Shown: one piece after another, positions 47,600-57,013 of the stretch
Layout of the letters: each line of letters begins with the position of its first letter
Position numbering within the stretch: position 1 is the first letter of the stretch
Origin: Flavobacteriia bacterium
GTDB taxonomy: Bacteria > Bacteroidota > Bacteroidia > Flavobacteriales > Weeksellaceae
Reading direction: 5' to 3'
Assembly (NCBI GenBank): GCA_019455045.1
Contig: JACFND010000001.1
Coordinates: 22,023 to 86,022, forward strand
Length of the DNA: 64,000 nucleotides
The notes under the pieces: model-generated
What the model was told of the DNA's origin: nothing
The model's database searches: none
The model's input: only the letters and a program-made list of their open reading frames with translations
Program-made: the position numbers and the translations under genes

Positions 47600-48655
47600 A
47601 TGATAAGAAAATTTATTGTAACGGGATTGCTGTGTCTGTTCGCAACCAATGCATCGGCACAAAAACTGAAACTGGATCTGAATGATGATTCAAAAACAGA
47701 CGAACGCGTCAGTCCGTTTGTGAGAGAAAAAGCGGATGAATATGCGCTTCAGGTTCGTGAAATCGTGATCCGTGAAAAACTCGAAATGGAAAAAGAAGTC
47801 AGCGAAGTCAACCAAAAGCTCAGCGCAGGAGAACTGACCGAGGAAGAAGCAAACAATCAGAAAGCAGAAATTGCTTTGAAATTTTCGGATCGGATCAATT
47901 CGGGCATCGACGGTCTGAATTTCAATCTGGATGAAATCACAAAAAAACAGGTCAGTTATTCGATCATGAATACAGATTTGGACGAACTGAAAAAAGAAGA
48001 AGAACAGAAAAAACCAAAAACTTACAAAAGGATGAACGAAGTCCGCGGTTATCTGGGTTATGGGATGATTCACATTCCGGACGGCGACAATCAGAAACTG
48101 AACGACCATCTCGGTTATTCGAGCGGAATTGATTTTGGTCTGATCTATCACCGTCAGCTGACCCGAACCAGTCCTTTTGAATTTATCACCGGTTTGTATC
48201 TGTCTTATCGAACCATGCGTTTTGAGGATGATTATCTGATGTACAGAGACGGCGAAGGTGTGGTGGATCTGGTCAAACACGACGGAAATCTGAAGAAAAG
48301 CAAGGTCAGAGCCGGTTATCTGATGGTTCCGCTCGGATTTACCTATCACACTTCAAAACTGAAAACCGATTCGGAAGGAAATGCATATCGAAAACTGGGA
48401 AAACCATTTTCGATCGGCGCCAATGTGTACGGAGGTTTCAGAATCGGACAGAACAATATTGTAAAAGGTGAGGACATCAACTGGAGACACCGAAAAACCG
48501 ATTTGAACAACAACAATTTTGCTTATGGCGTACAATTGAATTTGGGGATTTACGGCTGGGATTTTTATGTCAGACAGGAATTGAGCCCTTATTTTAAAGG
48601 AAAAACCTTTGATGACCGAAAAATGTTGCAGTTTGGTATCAATTTTGGTTTTTAA
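47600..48655 (+). CDS. Outer-membrane protein: signal peptide, coiled-coil N-domain, C-terminal beta-barrel
   Basis: Alternating beta-strand pattern, terminal ...FGINFGF with C-terminal Phe. Confidence 0.65.
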   Translation: MIRKFIVTGLLCLFATNASAQKLKLDLNDDSKTDERVSPFVREKADEYALQVREIVIREKLEMEKEVSEVNQKLSAGELTEEEANNQKAEIALKFSDRINSGIDGLNFNLDEITKKQVSYSIMNTDLDELKKEEEQKKPKTYKRMNEVRGYLGYGMIHIPDGDNQKLNDHLGYSSGIDFGLIYHRQLTRTSPFEFITGLYLSYRTMRFEDDYLMYRDGEGVVDLVKHDGNLKKSKVRAGYLMVPLGFTYHTSKLKTDSEGNAYRKLGKPFSIGANVYGGFRIGQNNIVKGEDINWRHRKTDLNNNNFAYGVQLNLGIYGWDFYVRQELSPYFKGKTFDDRKMLQFGINFGF

Positions 48656-48680
48656 ACATTAGACTTTATAGAATTATCAG

Positions 48681-48724
48681 AAATCCGTTCCGGTTGAAAG
48701 ATTCAGCCGGAACGAATTTTTTTT
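48681..48724 (+). terminator. Intrinsic terminator of the ECF module
   Basis: 18-bp stem AAATCCGTTCCGGTTGAA-aga-TTCAGCCGGAACGAATTT (one mismatch, one G-T) plus T tract. Confidence 0.8.
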
Positions 48725-48937
48725 ATGGTTCAACCCTTTCAGGGTTGGTTTTTGGGACATCCATTATCCACAGGTTGCACCTGTGGTTACTGATGGTTAA
48801 ATCCCTTCAGGATTTTCTTTAAAAAGAATGCGGTAATATTACAAAGAACCACGAAGTGGTTCAACCATCAGTAGCCATAGGTGTAACCTATGGAAAAACG
48901 ACATATTCGGAATCCAACCCCGAAGGGGTTGAACCAT
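48725..48937. repeat. 213-bp REPIN/MITE-like element: two inverted ~95-bp arms with three hairpins each
   Basis: Termini ATGGTTCAACCCTTTCAGGGTTGG and CCAACCCCGAAGGGGTTGAACCAT are inverted repeats (22/24); the inner hairpins also correspond. Confidence 0.8.
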
Positions 48938-48983
48938 TTTAAGATTCCGCAAAGGTTTGTACCTGACCCTCAATCTTATTTTT

Positions 48984-48991
48984 TATCTTTG
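48984..48991 (+). promoter_or_regulatory. -7 box (TATCTTTG) of the M16 protease
   Basis: TAnnTTTG 20 nt upstream of ATG 49012. Confidence 0.6.
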
Positions 48992-49011
48992 AAATTCAAA
49001 AAATTCACAAA

Positions 49012-51924
49012 ATGATAAAAAGACTGACACTTTTCGGCTGTCTGGTTTTGTCCGTTTCGCTGACGGCACAGTTCAAAACGGTTCAGAAAAAAGATGCCAA
49101 CGGTTACAATTACGAAATGGTTGAAAATGATCCGTCCAATACCAGGATCTATACGCTGAACAACGGTTTAAAGGTTTTTCTTGCCCAAAACAGAGACGAA
49201 CCCAGAATCCAAACCTATATTCCGGTCAGAACCGGATCAAACAATGATCCGGAAGACAATACCGGACTTGCGCATTATCTCGAGCACATGCTTTTCAAAG
49301 GAACTTCAAAGATCGGTTCCTACAATTGGGAACAGGAAAAAGTGCTGCTGCAGCAGATTTCGGATCTGTATGAAAAACACAAACTGGAACAGGATCCCGA
49401 CAAAAAAGTGGCGATCTACAAACAGATCGACTCGGTTTCCTATATCGCTTCTCAATATGCGGTGGCAAACGAATATGACAAAATGATTTCGTCGCTCGGC
49501 GCAACCGGAACCAATGCACATACCTGGTTTGACGAGACGGTTTACAAAAACAATATTCCTTCAAACGAACTTGAAAAATGGATGTACATCGAGTCCGAAA
49601 GATTTTCAGAACTGACGCTTCGTCTGTTTCACACCGAGCTGGAAGCGGTTTATGAAGAATTCAACCGCGCGCAGGACAATGATTTCAGACTGATCCATTA
49701 TGCACTGATGAAAAATCTGTTTCCGACCAGTCATTACGGAACACAGACTACCATCGGTACTTCGGAACATCTGAAAAATCCGTCGATGGTGGCCATCGCA
49801 AATTATTACAACGAATATTATGTGCCCAACAATATGGCGGTGGTTTTGGTCGGTGATTTTGAGTTTGAACCGACGATTAAAATGGTTGACAAATATTTCG
49901 GCTTTTATAAAAAAGCAGCCGAACCCGATCATTATGTGGCGCATGAACCCAATCTGAAAGGAATCAAAACCGTCAATGTGTCGAGTCCTTCTGCCGAAAG
50001 ATTTCAGTTTGCCTACCGTGTCGGCGGTTCAAAAACCAAAGATGCACTGCTGGTTCAGGTGATGGATATGATCTTGAGCAATCGTACTGCCGGATTGATC
50101 GATCTGAACATCAATCAGAAACAATTGGCTCAGTCGGCAGGTTCAAATACTCAGATCATGAAAGATTATACCGCTCATATTTTCAGCGGTGCGCCCAAAA
50201 AAGGCCAGTCTATGGATGAAGTCAAAGATTTGCTGCTTCAGCAGATTGAAAAAATCAAAACCGGCGATTTTGACGAATGGATGATAACTGCGGTGATCAA
50301 CGATCTCAAAAAACAATGGCAGTCTGTGCTTGAAAATTCAAATGCGCTTGCCACCACCATGTATGATTCATTTATTCAGGAAAGAAGCTGGCAGCAGACC
50401 ATATCAGAGCTTGACGAAATGTCAAAAATTACAAAGGCTGATCTGATGAAATTTGCAAATGACAATTATGGCGACAATTATGTGATCGTTTATAAAAATC
50501 AGGGTGAAAACAAAGATTTGGTCAGAGTTGAAAATCCGGGTATCACACCGATCAGTCTGAATCGTGAAAACGAATCACAGTTCTACAAAGATTTTCAGAA
50601 AATGACAGAAAAACCGATTCTGCCGGTATTTGTTGATTTTGACAAATCGATCAAAACCGAAACACTGAAAGGTTCAAAATTCTCATCGATTCAGAATGTG
50701 ACCAACGATCTTTCTACCGTTTATTACATCACAGAAATCGGCGCCGATAACGACAAAAAACTTCCGCTGGCGATGAATTATCTGAATTATCTCGGAACTT
50801 CAAAATACAGTCCTGAAGATTTGAAAAAGGAATTTTATAAAATCGGAATTGATTTCGGCGTCAATGCGGGCAGCGAAAGATCATTTGTTTCGATCCGCGG
50901 TCTTCAGGAAAATCTTGCTGAAGGAATCAAATTGTTTGAACATCTGATGAGCGATGCAAAAGCTGACAAAGAAGCATATCAGAATTATGTGGACAAAATC
51001 ATCAAATCAAGAAATGATGCGAAAGTTCAGAAAAACAGCATTCAGAATGCATTGAACCAATATGCGATGTACGGACCCGATAACCGTTTCAGAGATCAGC
51101 TGAGCGAGGCCGAACTCAGGGCGATCGATCCGGCAGAACTGGTTCAGATTCTGAAAGAATTTTTGAATTATCAGCATCAGATTTTCTATTACGGAAAAGA
51201 TGCTTCAGCAACCAAAAAAGCTTTGGAAAAATATCACAATTTTGGAAACGGAAAGAAAATTCCGGCGGCAAAAGTTTATCCTCAGCCGATGACAGACGGA
51301 AAGATTTTCTTTGCACCTTATGATATGGTTCAGGCAGAAATTTCGCTCAGAGCACGCGAAGAACAGTTTGACAAAAATCTGCTGACGCCGTCGGGAGTGT
51401 TCAATGAATATTTTGGTTCGGGTCTTTCGTCGATCGTATTTCAGGAGATCAGAGAGTCAAAATCACTGGCTTATTCCGCTTATTCGGTTTATGCAAATTC
51501 TGACCGTCACGACAAATACAATTATGTGATTGCGTATGTGGGAACCCAGGCAAACAAGCTGCCGCAGGCGGTTGACGCGCTCAAAGAACTGATGAACGAT
51601 ATGCCAAAAGCAGAAAATCAGTTCAACAATTCAAAAAATGCAGCGTTGAAAAAAATCGCAACCCGAAGATACACAAAATCAGGTATCTTTTTCTATCAGC
51701 TTGATCTCAAAGACCGCGGTATCGATTATGACATCAACAAAGACATTTATTCTGCAACAGAAAAGATGACAATGAAGGATTTGGAAAATTTCTTCAACAG
51801 TCACATCAAAGGAAAACATTTCAATGTCGGTCTGATCGGCAAGAAAGATAATCTGGATTGGGAAGCGGTTCAGTCGATGGGAGATGTCAAAGAACTGACA
51901 CTCGAAGAACTGTTCGGTTACTAA
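49012..51924 (+). CDS. M16 (insulinase-family) zinc protease, exported
   Basis: Signal peptide, GLAHYLEHMLFKG (HxxEH), TNAHT, VYEE, EIRESKSLAYS. Confidence 0.93.
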   Translation: MIKRLTLFGCLVLSVSLTAQFKTVQKKDANGYNYEMVENDPSNTRIYTLNNGLKVFLAQNRDEPRIQTYIPVRTGSNNDPEDNTGLAHYLEHMLFKGTSKIGSYNWEQEKVLLQQISDLYEKHKLEQDPDKKVAIYKQIDSVSYIASQYAVANEYDKMISSLGATGTNAHTWFDETVYKNNIPSNELEKWMYIESERFSELTLRLFHTELEAVYEEFNRAQDNDFRLIHYALMKNLFPTSHYGTQTTIGTSEHLKNPSMVAIANYYNEYYVPNNMAVVLVGDFEFEPTIKMVDKYFGFYKKAAEPDHYVAHEPNLKGIKTVNVSSPSAERFQFAYRVGGSKTKDALLVQVMDMILSNRTAGLIDLNINQKQLAQSAGSNTQIMKDYTAHIFSGAPKKGQSMDEVKDLLLQQIEKIKTGDFDEWMITAVINDLKKQWQSVLENSNALATTMYDSFIQERSWQQTISELDEMSKITKADLMKFANDNYGDNYVIVYKNQGENKDLVRVENPGITPISLNRENESQFYKDFQKMTEKPILPVFVDFDKSIKTETLKGSKFSSIQNVTNDLSTVYYITEIGADNDKKLPLAMNYLNYLGTSKYSPEDLKKEFYKIGIDFGVNAGSERSFVSIRGLQENLAEGIKLFEHLMSDAKADKEAYQNYVDKIIKSRNDAKVQKNSIQNALNQYAMYGPDNRFRDQLSEAELRAIDPAELVQILKEFLNYQHQIFYYGKDASATKKALEKYHNFGNGKKIPAAKVYPQPMTDGKIFFAPYDMVQAEISLRAREEQFDKNLLTPSGVFNEYFGSGLSSIVFQEIRESKSLAYSAYSVYANSDRHDKYNYVIAYVGTQANKLPQAVDALKELMNDMPKAENQFNNSKNAALKKIATRRYTKSGIFFYQLDLKDRGIDYDINKDIYSATEKMTMKDLENFFNSHIKGKHFNVGLIGKKDNLDWEAVQSMGDVKELTLEELFGY

Positions 51925-51948
51925 ACCAATTTCAGTTTTTTAAAATTT

Positions 51949-51975
51949 AATCCCGCCACAGTGCGGGATTTTTTA
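51949..51975. terminator. Bidirectional terminator between M16 protease and permease
   Basis: AATCCCGC-cacagt-GCGGGATT with flanking A/T tracts. Confidence 0.7.
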
Positions 51976-53400
51976 TGATTTTTTCTGTTTGAATTTCTTT
52001 GAAATCAAATAACTCAAATAAAGAACAAATACCCAGACCGGAATCAGTTCGACCGAAATTTTCAGACCGGTTTCCCACATTATAATCAGCACCAGACCCA
52101 GAAATATCAGTGTGACGATATTTGTCCACGGATACAAAATTGTCGGGAATTTGGTTTTGACTTTACGATGTGCCGATCTGAATCGGATGTGTGTATAACA
52201 GATAATGATCCACAGCAAAACCAGCGACGAAACCACCAGCGAGATCAGGATTTCAAATGCTTCTTCGGGAATAATTTTATTGATCAGCACACCAAAAGCG
52301 GTAAAAAATGCGGAAAACAAAATGCCGTTGACCGGAACTTTTGATTTGCTGAGTTTCATAAATGCTTTGGGCGCATTTCCCTGTTTTGCCAAACCGTAAA
52401 GCATTCTGCTGTTGCTGTACACGCTTGAATTATAAACCGAAAGTGCAGCGCTGAGCACGATGATGTTCAATCCGTTTGCAATCAGAGAGGAAACATGAAA
52501 ATGTCTTCCTAATAGGTCAAAGTTGATGCTGTTCAGCCGATCAAAAACGCTGACAAACGGACTGCTGTCCACACCGATACTCTGCCAGGGCGAAAGCGAA
52601 AACAGTATGATCAGCGAACCGATATAGAAAATCAATATTCTGTAAATCAACTGATTGGTTGCCTTTTTAATGTTCTTTTCAGGATTTTTTGTTTCTGCCG
52701 CTGCAATTCCGACCAGTTCCAAACCGCCGAATGAAAACATGATCAATGCGATGGCCGAAAACAATCCCTGATAATTTCCGGCAGCATCTTTACTGATCAA
52801 ACCTTTGGGCAGAAAACCGCCGTCGTTCCACAGATTTTGAACAGTTGCCTGTTCGCCGCCGGTTCCGCTGATCAGCAGATAAGTTCCAAAAAGAATCATT
52901 GCGATGATGGCCGAAACCTTGATAATTGCAAACCAAAATTCGGTTTCGCCGTATATCCTGACCGAAGTGAGATTCAGTATATTGACCACCACAAAAAAGA
53001 AAAGACTCGAAACCCAAAGCGGAATTTCGGGCCACCAGAATTGAATATAAACACCAATTGCAGTCAGCTCGGTCATGCTGACCATAATATAGAGCAGCCA
53101 ATAATTCCAGCCCGATGCAAAACCCGGAAAATCACCCCAGTATTTGTATGCAAAATGACTGAAACTGCCCGATACCGGTTCTTCAACCATCATTTCGCCC
53201 AACTGCCTCATGATAAAAAATGCAAACATTCCCGCGATTGCGTATCCGAGAATCACGGACGGACCCGCCAGCACCACCGCCGGACCGACACCCAGAAACA
53301 GACCGGTTCCGATGGCGCCGCCAAGCGCAATCAGCTGTATGTGCCGGTTGCCAAGACCGCGTTCAAGCTGTTCCTCAGTTTTTGGCTGTGTTTTTTCCAA
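51973..53400 (-). CDS. APC-superfamily amino-acid permease (AroP/PheP-like); start probably TTG 53400
   Basis: LERGLGNRHIQLIALGGAIGTGLFLG, EEPVSGSF, YGETEFWFAIIKV, FSFGGLELVG. Confidence 0.92.
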   Translation of the reverse strand: MEKTQPKTEEQLERGLGNRHIQLIALGGAIGTGLFLGVGPAVVLAGPSVILGYAIAGMFAFFIMRQLGEMMVEEPVSGSFSHFAYKYWGDFPGFASGWNYWLLYIMVSMTELTAIGVYIQFWWPEIPLWVSSLFFFVVVNILNLTSVRIYGETEFWFAIIKVSAIIAMILFGTYLLISGTGGEQATVQNLWNDGGFLPKGLISKDAAGNYQGLFSAIALIMFSFGGLELVGIAAAETKNPEKNIKKATNQLIYRILIFYIGSLIILFSLSPWQSIGVDSSPFVSVFDRLNSINFDLLGRHFHVSSLIANGLNIIVLSAALSVYNSSVYSNSRMLYGLAKQGNAPKAFMKLSKSKVPVNGILFSAFFTAFGVLINKIIPEEAFEILISLVVSSLVLLWIIICYTHIRFRSAHRKVKTKFPTILYPWTNIVTLIFLGLVLIIMWETGLKISVELIPVWVFVLYLSYLISKKFKQKKS

Positions 53401-53558
53401 TGGTTTTAAATGAATTTGATTTCGGTTGGTCAAAAATATAATTTTAATCGAATCAGCCGGTTGAATCATTAATTTAATTGAATTTCGGAAGCATTAATTT
53501 TTTTAAATGAATTAAATCATAGTCTGTTCGTTTAACAGATTATTATTTATTTATCCGC

Positions 53559-53566
53559 TATCTTTG
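53559..53566 (+). promoter_or_regulatory. -7 box (TATCTTTG) of the PD40-M28 gene
   Basis: TAnnTTTG 20 nt upstream of ATG 53587. Confidence 0.6.
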
Positions 53567-53586
53567 GCACTCAAATTTTATTTATA

Positions 53587-55794
53587 ATGAATCTGAATAA
53601 ATTATTTACAATTGGGTTTTTAAGTTTTTCGGTCCTTGGATTTTCACAGGAAAAAAATCTTAAAAACATCACCAAACTTACTTATGGCGGAGACAATGCG
53701 GAAGCATACTTTTCGCCTGACGGAAAAATGCTGACCATGCAGGTGACCAATCCCGAGATTGGCGCTGACTGTGATCAGATCTATATGTTAAAACTCGACA
53801 AAGATAAATATGCAACCACCGATCTGAAGTTGATCTCTACCGGATTGGGGCGTACAACCTGTTCATTCTTTATGCCTGACGGCAAGCATATACTTTATGC
53901 ATCCACACACGAAGGCAACAAAGCATGTCCGCCAAAACCCGAACCTCGTGCAGACGGAAAATATGTCTGGCCGATCTATCCGGATTTTGATATTTATGTG
54001 GCAGATCTGAACGGAAATATTGTTAAGAAACTGACCGATTCTCCCGGTTATGATGCCGAAGCGGTTCTTTCGCCCGACGGGAAATACATAGTTTTCACTT
54101 CACTCAGAAGCGGCGATCTTGAACTTTGGAGAATGGATGTTGACGGCAAAAACCTGAAACAGCTGACCTTCGGGCTCGGCTATGACGGCGGTGCATTTTT
54201 CTCGCCCGATTCAAAAAAACTGGTTTTCCGTTCGTCAAGACCGACGACACCGGAAGACATCAAAGAATACAAAGATTTGCTGGCAGAAGGACTGGTGATG
54301 CCGACCAATATGGAAATTTATACCATGAACATCGACGGAACCGATTTGAAACAGGTGACCCATCTGGGCAAAGCCAACTGGTCTCCGTATTTTCATCCGT
54401 CCGGTAAGAAGATACTGTTTTCATCCAATCACCATTCGACCCACGGTTATGATTTTCAGATATATTCGATCGACACGGACGGAACCAATCTGAAGCAGAT
54501 TACTTTTGATAATTTCTTTAACGCTTTCCCGATGTTCTCGCCCGACGGCAAGAAACTGGTTTTTTCAAGCAACAGACAGGGAGCGACTCCGCACGAAACC
54601 AATGTGTTTATCGCAGACTGGGTTGATTTTGACGAAGCAGAATTTGTAAGCGGTGAAAATCTGAAAAATTCAGTTTCCTATCTGGCCTCAGACGATCTGA
54701 AAGGAAGGCTGACCGGAACAGAAGGCGAAGAAAAAGCTGCACAGTTTATTTCAAAACAATTGAAAAGCTACGGACTGAAACCCGAAATTCAATCTTATAA
54801 TTACAATTTCAAAATGAATCCGCATGATGAAAATTCATCGGTTAAAATTACCGGAAAAAATGTGGTTGCCTATCTCAACAACAAAGCAGATAAAACCATC
54901 GTGATCGGTGCGCATTATGATCATTTGGGACTGAACGAACATCATTTTTCAACTTTGATGAATTCAGAAGGAAAGATTCACAACGGTGCAGATGACAATG
55001 CTTCGGGAACTTCGGCTGTGATGGAACTCGCAAGAATGTTCAGTCAGAACAAAACCAAAGAAAAAGCAAATTATGTTTTTGTGCTTTTCTCGGGTGAAGA
55101 AGACGGGCTGATGGGTTCAAAAGCATTTGCAGAAACCGTGAAACAAAAATATCCGAATGTGATCGCGATGATCAATATGGACATGGTCGGCAGACTGAAC
55201 AAAACAAAAGAACTGACTGTCGGCGGTGTGGGAACTTCACCGATTTTCAGAGATTTGATTGAAAAATTCAAACCGGCAGGTTTCAACATTGCAATCGACG
55301 AATCGGGTGTCGGGCCGTCTGATCATACTTCGTTTTATCTGAAAGACATTCCGGTACTTTTCCTTTTTACCGGAACCCACGAAGATTATCACAAACCGAG
55401 CGATGACGAAGACAAAATCAACTATTACGGTTTGAGATTTATTACCGATTATGTATTCAATCTTGCCAATGCAATTTCAGATGCACCCGAAGTTCCGTTT
55501 ACAAAAACAAAACTCGATGCGGTGAAAGAAGCGCCAAAATACAAAGTGACTTTGGGCATTATGCCGAGTTATGCAGATACCGGAAACGGTCTTAAAGTTG
55601 ACGGTGTGGTTGACGATCGTCCGGCTGATCATGTGGGAATTCAAACCGGAGACATCATCACAAAACTTGGCGATTGTGATGTCAAAGAAGTTTACAGTTA
55701 TATGGAATGTCTTTCAAAATTCAACAAAGGAGACGAAACCACCATCACTTTTATACATGACGGTGTGACAAAAACAGTGAACATCAAATTCTAA
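53587..55794 (+). CDS. Exported fusion: TolB-like PD40 beta-propeller + M28 peptidase + PDZ
   Basis: Repeated (F/L)SPDG(K) blades; GAHYDH, GADDNASG, GEEDG, DMVG, SDH; LGIMP...GIQTGDII. Confidence 0.88.
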   Translation: MNLNKLFTIGFLSFSVLGFSQEKNLKNITKLTYGGDNAEAYFSPDGKMLTMQVTNPEIGADCDQIYMLKLDKDKYATTDLKLISTGLGRTTCSFFMPDGKHILYASTHEGNKACPPKPEPRADGKYVWPIYPDFDIYVADLNGNIVKKLTDSPGYDAEAVLSPDGKYIVFTSLRSGDLELWRMDVDGKNLKQLTFGLGYDGGAFFSPDSKKLVFRSSRPTTPEDIKEYKDLLAEGLVMPTNMEIYTMNIDGTDLKQVTHLGKANWSPYFHPSGKKILFSSNHHSTHGYDFQIYSIDTDGTNLKQITFDNFFNAFPMFSPDGKKLVFSSNRQGATPHETNVFIADWVDFDEAEFVSGENLKNSVSYLASDDLKGRLTGTEGEEKAAQFISKQLKSYGLKPEIQSYNYNFKMNPHDENSSVKITGKNVVAYLNNKADKTIVIGAHYDHLGLNEHHFSTLMNSEGKIHNGADDNASGTSAVMELARMFSQNKTKEKANYVFVLFSGEEDGLMGSKAFAETVKQKYPNVIAMINMDMVGRLNKTKELTVGGVGTSPIFRDLIEKFKPAGFNIAIDESGVGPSDHTSFYLKDIPVLFLFTGTHEDYHKPSDDEDKINYYGLRFITDYVFNLANAISDAPEVPFTKTKLDAVKEAPKYKVTLGIMPSYADTGNGLKVDGVVDDRPADHVGIQTGDIITKLGDCDVKEVYSYMECLSKFNKGDETTITFIHDGVTKTVNIKF

Positions 55795-55819
55795 ATTCGG
55801 TTTGAATTTTAAAATAATC

Positions 55820-55850
55820 AAAGACGTCCGTTGATTCGGGCGTCTTTTTT
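55820..55850 (+). terminator. Intrinsic terminator
   Basis: AAAGACGTCCG-ttgatt-CGGGCGTCTTT plus T tract. Confidence 0.8.
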
Positions 55851-55903
55851 TGGCTTAATTTCGGATAAATATCAACAGTCCTTTTCAGTCTTAAAAATTC
55901 GAT

Positions 55904-55911
55904 TAACTTTG
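55904..55911 (+). promoter_or_regulatory. -7 box (TAACTTTG) of dnaX
   Basis: TAnnTTTG only 7 nt upstream of the ATG, so the leader would be very short. Confidence 0.55.
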
Positions 55912-55918
55912 TAATCCT

Positions 55919-57013
55919 ATGCAGAATTTTGTCGTATCGGCCCGAAAATACAGACCGCTTCGTTTTGAAGATGTGGTCGGGCAATCCGCTATCACAGAGA
56001 CTTTGGAGCAGGCGATCACCAATCACCAGCTCGCTCAGGCTTTGCTTTTTTGCGGTCCCAGAGGTGTCGGCAAAACCACCTGCGCAAGGATACTCGCCAG
56101 ACGAATCAACGAGGAAGCCGGAGGTGGGACCGACGGTGATGAAGATTTTGCATTCAACATTTTTGAACTCGATGCCGCGTCAAACAATTCGGTGGATGAC
56201 ATCAGAAATCTGATCGAACAGATTCGTTTTGCACCTCAGGTCGGAAAATACAAAGTGTATATCATCGACGAGGTTCACATGCTTTCGACACAGGCGTTCA
56301 ATGCATTTCTGAAAACGCTTGAAGAACCGCCGGCACATGCGATCTTTATTTTGGCAACCACCGAAAAACATAAAATCATCCCGACGATTTTGTCAAGATG
56401 TCAGATTTATGATTTCAAACGGATTTCGATCAAAGACATTCAGAATCATCTGATCATGATTGCAAGGGATGAAAATGTGGAATTTGAAGAGGATGCACTT
56501 CATCTGATCGCACAAAAGGCAGACGGCGCGCTGAGAGATGCACTTTCGACTTTTGACCGTATGGTGACTTTCACTTCGGGCAATCTCACGCTTGAAAAAG
56601 TGGCCGAAAATCTGAATGTGCTCGATTATGAATATTATTTCAAAATCACTGATGCAGCGCTGAAAAATGATATTTCGGAACTGCTGATTCAGTACAATGA
56701 AATCCTGAACAAAGGTTTTGACGGTCATGTGTTCATCAACGGTCTGGGCAGTCATTTCAGAGATCTGCTGGTGGCGAAGGTTCCAAAAACTTCAAATCTG
56801 CTTGAGGTCGGTGAAAGGACCAAACAAAAATATCTGCAGCAGGCAGTGGATTGCGATGTGAAATTTCTGACCAATGCAATAGAAATCTGCAATATGGCGG
56901 ATATGAACTACAAAGGGAGCAAAAACCAGCGGCTGACTGTCGAAATCGCTTTGATGCAGATCGGATCGCTGACCGCAGAAGACGAACGGATTAAAAAAAA
57001 AAGTTCAGAATAA
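55919..57013 (+). CDS. dnaX: DNA polymerase III gamma/tau, frame-0 product (364 aa, gamma-like)
   Basis: ARKYRP, GPRGVGKTT, ELDAASNNSVDDIR, IIDEVHML, LEEPP, SRCQ. Confidence 0.97.
   Translation: MQNFVVSARKYRPLRFEDVVGQSAITETLEQAITNHQLAQALLFCGPRGVGKTTCARILARRINEEAGGGTDGDEDFAFNIFELDAASNNSVDDIRNLIEQIRFAPQVGKYKVYIIDEVHMLSTQAFNAFLKTLEEPPAHAIFILATTEKHKIIPTILSRCQIYDFKRISIKDIQNHLIMIARDENVEFEEDALHLIAQKADGALRDALSTFDRMVTFTSGNLTLEKVAENLNVLDYEYYFKITDAALKNDISELLIQYNEILNKGFDGHVFINGLGSHFRDLLVAKVPKTSNLLEVGERTKQKYLQQAVDCDVKFLTNAIEICNMADMNYKGSKNQRLTVEIALMQIGSLTAEDERIKKKSSE

Noticed and set aside
53401-53586. Amino-acid riboswitch or T-box upstream of the permease
   Set aside because: The leader is short and AT-rich, with no conserved aptamer or T-box motif visible
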